Positions 57,029 to 64,000 of a DNA stretch of 64,000 bases are shown piece after piece. The stretch covers positions 27,926 through 91,925 of the forward strand of contig CAYMWF010000011.1 in the NCBI GenBank assembly GCA_964394085.1, read 5' to 3'. Below the pieces are notes generated by a model, which did no database searches, was not told the DNA's origin, and worked only from the letters and a program-made list of their open reading frames with translations. The stretch comes from an uncultured Gemmatimonadota bacterium (GTDB lineage Bacteria; GCA-2686955; CAYMWF01). Numbering within the stretch: position 1 is the first letter of the stretch; every line of letters begins with the position of its first letter. The position numbers and the translations under genes are program-made.

Positions 57029-58561
57029 TTACACCGTTTTCGGCTCGAGGACGAACAGAAGGTAAGATTCTCCGGGCGAAGGGGGTTCCACCCGGTTATC
57101 GCGTTCATGACCTGCCACCCAGAAGATCCCCCCGCCGTCTTCTATCACCGGAACATCAGCCCTGAGCCGGAGGGGAACTTTCCTGTCCATCAGAAAACGC
57201 CTTACTTTCTTCCTGCCGCCGAGGCCGAACGGTTCGAAGACATCGCCGCTTTTTATCCTTCTGAACGAAAAGGGAAACTCGACGGAGGCGGACCGGACGA
57301 AAAGGCGGCTGCGGTCAGACCCGGCCGGCATCCGAAAACCGGCCGGCGCCTCGTGACGCATAACGGTAAGGTCACCCGCAAAGGTTTCGAAGCGTCCCGG
57401 GCCCGTGATAACGATCGGCTCCTCCTCCTTCCCGGGATCCTGCCCCGGATCCGCCTCATCCGTGTGATGCCGCGCCGGGAAACTCCGAGACGAAACACCG
57501 GGGCGGGGCGACTTTCCTCTTCCGGCGGCGGCAGCGGCTTTTTCGATGAGGATCCGGTCGTATTCCCGGGCGACGCGAACGCCGCCGGTAAGTGTAAGCT
57601 CCGCGGAACCTCCTTCACGTAAAGCGAGGTCTGCGGCCTGTTCGAGATGGGCCGCTTCGATATCCGCGCCGGTTCCCAGGATTTCCGCCAAAGCCGCGTG
57701 AAGAATCAGCTTAATCCGCGCTCTGCCCAGGGGACGAATAACCTTCAGATCAAGCTCCATCGACGAACCGGGCAGCCTCGTCGATGCGGATTCGAGATCC
57801 GAAGCGGTCAGTTCGCGAAGGATCGAGGCGTTTTCAGAGGCCAGGAGAGCCGACCGGGCGAGGATTTTTTCCACGCCGGCACCGAAATTTTCCGACAGGA
57901 AGGGGAGCAGCAGACGCCGTATCCTGTTGCGTTTGAAACGGATATCGGCATTCGTCGCATCCACCCTGTGATCCAGCTTCATTACCCGGACGATTTCCGC
58001 GACATCTTCTCCCGACAGGCAGAGCATCGGCCGGATCAGGGGCAGTCCGGATTCGGGGGCCGGGGCCAGGGGGCGGATCCCGCCCAGCCCCGCGAACGAC
58101 GTTCCCCTCAACAGGTTGAGCAGCAGGGTTTCGGCGAGATCGCCTCCATGGTGGCCCGTGGCGAGGACGTCCGCCTTCCATTCCGACGCGAACCGCCCCA
58201 GCTCCCGGTACCTTCTTATACGGGCGGCTTCTTCGAGAGAGCCTTCAGCCGCCAGGGAAAGCTCCCCGCTTTCCAGGGTCGAACAGAAGAAGGGAATCCC
58301 GGCGGAGGCGGCCAGCCCGGCGCAGAATTTTTCATCTTCCAGGGAGGCGTCTCCCCTGAGAGAGTGGTTGACGTGACCCGCAGCGAGGGCCAGGTTGTGG
58401 GAAGAACCGAAACGGCGGAACAGGCGCAGGAGAAGCGTCGAATCCGCCCCCCCGGAAATTGCGACCAGCACCCGCTCTCCACCCGCAAGGAGGCCGTGCC
58501 GCCTGCTGAAGGCGGAAACCAGTCTGAATGCGCGCTCAAAATCCATAGCAGCAATTGACAA
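57029..58561 (-). CDS. tilS: tRNA(Ile)-lysidine synthetase
   Basis: PP-loop VAISGGADSTLLL plus C-terminal substrate-binding domain; 510 aa. Confidence 0.85.
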   Translation of the reverse strand: MSIAAMDFERAFRLVSAFSRRHGLLAGGERVLVAISGGADSTLLLRLFRRFGSSHNLALAAGHVNHSLRGDASLEDEKFCAGLAASAGIPFFCSTLESGELSLAAEGSLEEAARIRRYRELGRFASEWKADVLATGHHGGDLAETLLLNLLRGTSFAGLGGIRPLAPAPESGLPLIRPMLCLSGEDVAEIVRVMKLDHRVDATNADIRFKRNRIRRLLLPFLSENFGAGVEKILARSALLASENASILRELTASDLESASTRLPGSSMELDLKVIRPLGRARIKLILHAALAEILGTGADIEAAHLEQAADLALREGGSAELTLTGGVRVAREYDRILIEKAAAAAGRGKSPRPGVSSRSFPARHHTDEADPGQDPGKEEEPIVITGPGRFETFAGDLTVMRHEAPAGFRMPAGSDRSRLFVRSASVEFPFSFRRIKSGDVFEPFGLGGRKKVRRFLMDRKVPLRLRADVPVIEDGGGIFWVAGHERDNRVEPPSPGESYLLFVLEPKTV

Positions 58562-58595
58562 AAAAAAGGGCCTTCCGTCAAGAAGACCGTAGAAT

Positions 58596-58672
58596 TGGTA
58601 CCGGTGCAGGGACTCGAACCCCGGACACGTGGATTATGATTCCACTGCTCTAACCAGCTGAGCTACACCGGC
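58596..58672 (-). tRNA. tRNA with CAU anticodon (elongator tRNA-Met or lysidine-dependent tRNA-Ile2), 77 nt, CCA encoded
   Basis: Minus-strand sequence GCCGGUGUAGCUCAGCUGGUUAGAGCAGUGGAAUCAUAAUCCACGUGUCCGGGGUUCGAGUCCCUGCACCGGUACCA folds as a cloverleaf: D stem GCUC/GAGC, anticodon stem GUGGA/UCCAC with loop AUCAUAA, T stem CGGGG/CCCUG, GUUCGAGUC T loop. 35 bp upstream of tilS. Confidence 0.8.
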
Positions 58673-58905
58673 AAATTATCATCCGGATCGGCGGATGAAA
58701 AATATGCGAACCGGGTGCTTTTGTCAATTCAAATGTATTCAGTATCGCTGAAAATCGCACCCCTGGTAAAAACCGAGTGGAAAACGGACAGGTTCAAATG
58801 TAAGCTGTTCTTTTCAGGCCGAAGGTTAATCCCTGCGGGGGTGACCCCCGAAGCGGATACATGCTCCGGTATCCTTGTACGTCTCGGTTTCAGCGGGTTT
58901 GGCAA

Positions 58906-60057
58906 ATGCACGAAGTAACGGTCCACAGGATTGCGGAATACGACCGGAAGCGGATCCGGGAGATGCTCGAAAAACCGGTGGCGGCGGCTTGCCGCAACTA
59001 TGGAATCGGGCGGGGCGACAAGGTGCTGCTGAAACCGAACCTGCTGGGCGGGTGGGCTCCCGGAAAAGGGGTGACCACGCACCCGGAAATCGTGGCCGCC
59101 GCGGCCGGGCTCCTGGCGGATGCGGGCGCTTCTCTTCAGATCGGCGATTCCCCGGGGGAGACCTCGAAACTGGAAGAAATCCTGGAAAAAACAGGGATAG
59201 CCGGGGTCGTGGCGGAATTCGGTATACGGGTCGTTGAATTCGAAAAAGCCGGAGTCAGAGCTTTTACTTCGCGGGAAGGCAGGATTTACCGTCCGACCGC
59301 CGCTGTTTTCGAGGTCGACGCGATTATCAACCTGGCGAAAATGAAAACCCACGTCCTGACCATGTATACGGGCGCCGTCAAGAACCTCTACGGCTGCATT
59401 CCGGGCATGGCCAAATCGGATCTGCATCGCGATTCCCCCGGCCCGGCGGCGTTCTCCGCCCACATCCGCGACATATACAGGTTCATCGAGCCGCGAATCG
59501 CCCTTCACGTGGTCGACGGCATCCTCGGCATGGACAGGCTCGGACCGGCCGCCGGACGGCCGAATCGTTTCGGCCTTCTGTTCGCCGCCGAAAACGGAGT
59601 CGCCCTCGATTTCACGGTTGCCGCCGCCTTCGGTTTCGACCCGGCTTCGGTGCTGCACCTCCTGGACCTGGGAGTGTCTCCGGAAGATGTGGATCCCGGT
59701 CCCGGCGGAAAATTCGAAGATTTCCGGGCGCCTGAAGCCGATATCAGGGAAATTCTTCTTTACAACCGGGTGGCTTCCAATATCCCGCCCTTCTTTTTGA
59801 AGTTCTACAAGCGGTTGATCTGGTCAAGGCCCGTGGTGGAGCCGGCAGGCTGCGATTCATGCGGCGTCTGTATCGAAAGATGCCCCGTCTCGGTTATCGA
59901 CCTGGTACAGGGCAGGGCTTCCATAGATCACACCGGCTGCATCAAGTGCTTATGCTGTTATGAACTCTGCCCGCAGGGAAACGTGACCTTCGAGCATAGT
60001 CCGGCAAAACGTTACGGCAGAAAAGCAAAGAAGATTCTTGCGGCATTGCGCCGCTGA
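58906..60057 (+). CDS. DUF362-domain protein fused to a 2x[4Fe-4S] ferredoxin domain
   Basis: DUF362-like core (..VLLKPNLLGGW.., ..INLAKMKTHVLTMYTGAVKNLYGCIPG..) plus C-terminal CDSCGVCIERCP and CIKCLCCYELCP. Confidence 0.6.
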   Translation: MHEVTVHRIAEYDRKRIREMLEKPVAAACRNYGIGRGDKVLLKPNLLGGWAPGKGVTTHPEIVAAAAGLLADAGASLQIGDSPGETSKLEEILEKTGIAGVVAEFGIRVVEFEKAGVRAFTSREGRIYRPTAAVFEVDAIINLAKMKTHVLTMYTGAVKNLYGCIPGMAKSDLHRDSPGPAAFSAHIRDIYRFIEPRIALHVVDGILGMDRLGPAAGRPNRFGLLFAAENGVALDFTVAAAFGFDPASVLHLLDLGVSPEDVDPGPGGKFEDFRAPEADIREILLYNRVASNIPPFFLKFYKRLIWSRPVVEPAGCDSCGVCIERCPVSVIDLVQGRASIDHTGCIKCLCCYELCPQGNVTFEHSPAKRYGRKAKKILAALRR

Positions 60058-60220
60058 AGCGGGAAAGCCTGCAGAAAAGCCCGGCGGAGGAACCGGCGCT
60101 GAAAACGGGCGGGTCCGGAAATACCGGAATAACCGGGGAACCGGAAGCAGCGGAAATCATTTGAGGCTGCTTCTTCCGGTTACGCGGGTGCGGATAAGGA
60201 ATTTTACCGAGGATTCCCGG

Positions 60221-61411
60221 TCAGGGGAGCTTAGTAAACTCGAATTCATCCCGGTTCCATACGTCCTCAGGGAAGGTCCCCGCCAGACCGCGGAAAATAT
60301 AAACCCCCGGCGGCGCCGCCGGCGGCACGTCGAGCACGAGGTGCGGCGAGAAGATCTCGAACGGGTCCAGAACGATCTCCCGCGGCCCGATATAGGCTGA
60401 AAGCACCTCCTCGCCGGGAAGCACGATGTCGACCCAGCCATCCAGGCTCAGCATTCCCGCCGTATTATTCTCCACGAAGGCCGTGACGCCGAAAGCGCCG
60501 CCCTCCGGAGGGATGACGACGGGTTCTTCATCAGGAACGAGGGTGACGGAAACAGGGGGAACAGCCCCCGAGATTCCGAAATCGAGCTCATATTCCCATA
60601 AGTCCCAGAATTGGGTCCGTAAAACCATAAAACAGGTTGCGGGTCCGGTTCCCTCGTTTACAAAAATCCCGTCATCCTCCACCGTGCCGTACGCCGCCAC
60701 ATTCAGAAGAAGCTTCAGCTCCTCGTAATTATCGTCATACAGCCTGAGAGTAACGGCCGAACCGATCTGGTCGCTCGCGGTAAAAATGCCGTGAACCGAC
60801 AGGGTGTCGCCCGCGGCGAGCTCCGTGCGGAAGTAATGATCGGTGACGCAGTCGTGGCCGGGTTCGTTCATGCTGCCGCAGAATACGTCGCCGTTCCCGA
60901 CATGAGTTGCCGTCTCCCACGAATATCCGACTTCGTTCCAGCCGATCCGGTCAATCTTGGCGACGGTTATGGAATAGGAGAAGCCCCATATCAGGGAAGC
61001 GATCCTGAACTGGGAAGGGTTGGCGCAGGGAGTCAGGTCCCCGCGGTCGTACATCCAGTCGTGCACCGGATCGTAGACCGCCGCGCAATCCCAGTTGAGC
61101 TGAAGATCCGTCTCGCTCAGAATCTCCCACTCCACGGCCGCGCCGAGGTGCGTATTGTCGGCTTCAAGGTGGAGTTCGATTTCGAGCCGCTCCGACGGGG
61201 AGGTGGAGATGTCCAGGTAGGTTTCGCTTCCGCTGTCCAGGTGGCCGCCGTAGTACAGCGTTTCGGTCGGCTCCTCCTGATCGCAGGGGCCTGCGGGAGA
61301 GGCGGCGGGATACAGGAAGAGAACAATCGCAGGGAAAACCGCGACGGGGACGAATGAAAGTAAACCGCGAAATGTGAGTCTCCTGATGATAAACCGCCTG
61401 ATGAATTTCAT
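60221..61411 (-). CDS. Secreted hypothetical protein (about 396 aa)
   Basis: Start MKFIRRF.. followed by hydrophobic signal segment LLSFVPVAVFPAIVLFLYPAASPAG. Possible bulged hairpin 60139-60181 between convergent genes. Confidence 0.45.
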   Translation of the reverse strand: MKFIRRFIIRRLTFRGLLSFVPVAVFPAIVLFLYPAASPAGPCDQEEPTETLYYGGHLDSGSETYLDISTSPSERLEIELHLEADNTHLGAAVEWEILSETDLQLNWDCAAVYDPVHDWMYDRGDLTPCANPSQFRIASLIWGFSYSITVAKIDRIGWNEVGYSWETATHVGNGDVFCGSMNEPGHDCVTDHYFRTELAAGDTLSVHGIFTASDQIGSAVTLRLYDDNYEELKLLLNVAAYGTVEDDGIFVNEGTGPATCFMVLRTQFWDLWEYELDFGISGAVPPVSVTLVPDEEPVVIPPEGGAFGVTAFVENNTAGMLSLDGWVDIVLPGEEVLSAYIGPREIVLDPFEIFSPHLVLDVPPAAPPGVYIFRGLAGTFPEDVWNRDEFEFTKLP

Positions 61412-61497
61412 GGTGGCTCCTTTCAAAATTCCGGATCCCGCCCGGATCATGTTTCAGTTGCGTTCATCTTCCCGCCGGTGCAGGCTTCCCGCGTGAA

Positions 61498-61842
61498 CTA
61501 TCCGCCGGCGCGTATGTTCGCGAGCGTTTTCGCGGCTTCAGGGACGAAGCCGTGCAGTTCCTCGAGCATTTTGCAGGCGTAATCATCGCACATGGCGCAG
61601 TTCGCCAGGTTCTTTTCTATGGCGCATTCCCTGATCTTACATTCGAAACAATGGCTGAACAGTTTCGTGGAGCCGCTGGAACATCCGTCGCAGTTGATGT
61701 CTCCGGGTTCGATGTTCGCCTTGTACTCCCGGGACCAGGTTTCGGCTACCGCCTTTCTCTTATCGTGATCATCCGCCTGCGTGGCGAGGTAAGCGCCGCA
61801 TTCGGAGCAAGTTATACCGCAATAAGCAATAAGGTTGTTCAT
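61498..61842 (-). CDS. DUF3795-family Cys-rich protein
   Basis: N-terminal IAYCGITCSECGAY plus further CxxC pairs (CDGC, CFEC, CAMC). Confidence 0.55.
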   Translation of the reverse strand: MNNLIAYCGITCSECGAYLATQADDHDKRKAVAETWSREYKANIEPGDINCDGCSSGSTKLFSHCFECKIRECAIEKNLANCAMCDDYACKMLEELHGFVPEAAKTLANIRAGG

Positions 61843-62258
61843 CCTGTCTCTCCTCCCGCCGGGTGAAAATACCTCGAAGAACGGCGTATTGTCGTTTCAA
61901 CCGAGAGAAAAATCCGCCGTTTTCAGGCTCTTTCCGGAAAGCTGATAATCCAGCTTGTTTTTAAGTATACAGGATCCGGCATATTCGAAACCAATCTAAA
62001 TTCAGAAAACCACGGGATCCGTTATTTCGTTCTCACCCTCCCGGCCGGGAGATCCGCCCTTTTTTCTGTACGGCAGGAGGAAGAGGAAGAGGATCATTGA
62101 TTAAATATTCAGGATTGCCGCTTAAGTGCTGCGCCGGGGGTGAAGAGATTGTGGGGATTTATTTTGCGCTGACGCGCAAAAAAAGATTGACATTTATGTT
62201 TTAGTGTATTAGTCTATTAGTACACTAGTAAACAAGGACACAGTCGGAGGATCTTGGG

Positions 62259-62636
62259 ATGACCCTCAAATTCGAACTCGATATCAAAAGCGGGGTTCCG
62301 TTTTATCGCCAGATCATCGACCAGGTGAAATCGGCCATGGCTACCGGGCGGCTGGCGCCCGGAAACCGTCTCCCGACGGTCCGCCAGCTCGCCGTGGACC
62401 TCTCGATAAACCCCAATACCGTGAGCCGGGCCTATACCGAGCTCGAGCTTACCGGGCTCGTGGCAACCCAGATGGGTTCCGGAACTTTCATCAGCAATAA
62501 AAAAGTCGAACAGGACGAGGTGGAACGGCAGCGCCTGCTCGACCAGGTTTGTATAGAGCTGCTTTCCAGAGCTTCCTCTCACGGATTTACACTGGACGAT
62601 GTCCTTTCGAACCTCTCCGCGAGGAAGAAACCCTGA
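62259..62636 (+). CDS. Small GntR-family (YtrA-like) HTH transcriptional regulator
   Basis: GntR wHTH ..LPTVRQLAVDLSINPNTVSRAYTELE..; 125 aa. Upstream TTGACA plus inverted repeat TAGTGTATTAGTCTATTAGTACACTA (62200-62245). Confidence 0.75.
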   Translation: MTLKFELDIKSGVPFYRQIIDQVKSAMATGRLAPGNRLPTVRQLAVDLSINPNTVSRAYTELELTGLVATQMGSGTFISNKKVEQDEVERQRLLDQVCIELLSRASSHGFTLDDVLSNLSARKKP

Positions 62637-62652
62637 AAAAGGAGATAGAAAA

Positions 62653-63771
62653 ATGGCCAGACACTTGAATCAGCTGAAACTGGGCGGACTCGAACAATTC
62701 GCAACCAGCTTCCGCGCCGATTTCCGATTCGGCCCCATCAATATCCTGATTCTGGTCGCCTTCGTCCTTGCCGGCCTGATCGCTCATATCACCGTATTCG
62801 CTTTTGAGCTGGATTCGGTCATCCTGATGATGGCGCTGGCGCTCGGCCTCGCAGTGAGTTTCCGCCTCGTGCAGATATGGGAAGGGGTTCTCGTATTGAC
62901 GACCAGCGCCGGTCTCGGAACCTATCTGTTCCACCGCCCCGAGAGCTGGATACTGGTGACCGCGATAGTCGCCGCAGGCCTTGTCGCGCCGTGCATACAG
63001 GTGGCGTACCAGTGGGAAAAGGCGATCATCCTCAGGTTCGGCAAGTTCCGCACCATTCGGAGCAGCGGCCTTTTCACGGTTCTGCCTGTAATCGACAAGG
63101 TCGCCAACTACGTGGATCAGCGGATCAGGGTGACCGATTTCAGGGCCGAAACCACGCTCACGCAGGACACCGTTCCGGTGAATGTCGATGCTATCGCATT
63201 CTGGATGGTCTGGGATGCTGAAAAGTGCGTGCTCGAGGTGGAAAACTATATCGAAGCCGTGACGTTATCGGCTCAGACCGCTCTCCGGGACGCCATCGGG
63301 AAACATGAGCTGGGCGAGATGCTGTCGCACCGGGACAAGCTCGGCTCCGAAATTCAGCAGGTCCTCGAAGGAAAAACAGCCGCGTGGGGTATTACCGTGC
63401 AGTCCGTTGAAATCCGCGACATCATCATCCCGAAAGCTCTCGAGGACGCAATGAGCCGAAAAGCCCAGGCCGAAAGGGAGCGCCAGTCCCGCATCATCCT
63501 GGGAACCGCTGAAACCGAGATCGCCGAAAAATTCGCTGCGGCATCGGTCCACTACAAGAACAATCCCGCGGCGCTTCACCTGCGGGCGATGAACATGGTC
63601 TTCGAAGGCCTGAAACAAAAAGGCTCGATGATAATAGTGCCGAGCACGGCCGTAGAAACCATGGGGCTCGGCGCCATGGGCGGCCTGACCGCATTCGACC
63701 GGATACTGGGAGATCAAACCGGCGACGACACTCCCCCGGCGACCGACAGCAAAACCAGCGCCACAAGCTGA
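62653..63771 (+). CDS. SPFH/band-7 (stomatin/prohibitin-like) membrane protein
   Basis: N-terminal TM helices then SPFH core (..IILRFGKFRTIRSSGLFTVLPVIDKV..RDIIIPKALEDAMSRKAQAERERQ..). ATG 62653 with AAGGAG SD, 17 bp after the GntR stop. Confidence 0.75.
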   Translation: MARHLNQLKLGGLEQFATSFRADFRFGPINILILVAFVLAGLIAHITVFAFELDSVILMMALALGLAVSFRLVQIWEGVLVLTTSAGLGTYLFHRPESWILVTAIVAAGLVAPCIQVAYQWEKAIILRFGKFRTIRSSGLFTVLPVIDKVANYVDQRIRVTDFRAETTLTQDTVPVNVDAIAFWMVWDAEKCVLEVENYIEAVTLSAQTALRDAIGKHELGEMLSHRDKLGSEIQQVLEGKTAAWGITVQSVEIRDIIIPKALEDAMSRKAQAERERQSRIILGTAETEIAEKFAAASVHYKNNPAALHLRAMNMVFEGLKQKGSMIIVPSTAVETMGLGAMGGLTAFDRILGDQTGDDTPPATDSKTSATS

Positions 63772-64000
63772 ACCAGAAAGTGACGGGAATGTTTTGCTCT
63801 TTTACCACGTGGGAAAAAAAGAAGGGGACGGACCCTAAAAGGGAATTGCTTTATACTTCACTTTTCCCCCGTCAGACTGAGTCAAAAGTCATCATGTCGT
63901 CAGGAACCGTTTGGAAGCCCATGGATACAAACCCCTGGGGCAGGCGGGGAAGGGAGCGCCTTCCCGCCCTGAGGAGCACGCTGCGTCATCCGGCTCCACT

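Noticed and set aside
60139-60181. Bidirectional terminator between convergent DUF362 and secreted-protein genes
   Set aside because: The hairpin AACCGGAAGCAGC..GCTGCTTCTTCCGGTT has a 3-nt bulge and no flanking U-tract on either strand. It is mentioned only in evidence.

Overview
This 64-kb window is a GC-rich (~60%) bacterial chromosomal segment of uncertain phylum. Several signal-peptide proteins carry SBBP-type beta-propeller repeats, right-handed beta-helix repeats, or TPR-fused GT-C glycosyltransferase domains.

Housekeeping genes include purC, guaB, rlmN, nth, pepC, ridA, and a tRNA(CAT) followed by the conserved block tilS-hpt-ftsH-folP-cdaA. These sit next to clearly accessory DNA.

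The most interesting locus is a five-gene operon at 36.4-43.3 kb. It encodes a divergent ECF-like sigma factor, a soluble zinc-finger (HxxxCxxC) anti-sigma factor, a 1042-aa TPR-CHAT caspase-like protease, a secreted protein and a SAM-methyltransferase. This resembles the Csx29/Csx30/Csx31/RpoE signalling module of type III-E CRISPR (Craspase), but there is no Cas7-11 or CRISPR array in the window.

Other notable points:
- An IS3-family element (1396 bp, ATAC target duplication, orfA/orfB with A9G frameshift site) has precisely split a secreted beta-helix gene. Its intact two-domain paralog lies 1.8 kb away.
- A YgfK-like Fe-S/flavin oxidoreductase and the SsnA amidohydrolase are adjacent, as in the E. 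coli ygfK-ssnA pair.
- An RCK K+ channel has a non-canonical TVGFSE selectivity filter.
- An enterochelin-esterase-like hydrolase is translationally coupled to an ATP-grasp protein, downstream of two tandem-repeat arrays.
- An NSS transporter is followed by an unannotated 32-aa membrane peptide.
- A 37-bp perfect palindrome carries TTGACA boxes on both strands between divergent genes, and structured leaders, palindromes and G-rich motifs occur in several intergenic regions.

The ORF track lists TTG/GTG-initiated ORFs with M, and many long GC-rich antisense shadow ORFs are not genes. Start sites were refined where an internal ATG/GTG with a Shine-Dalgarno sequence fits better.
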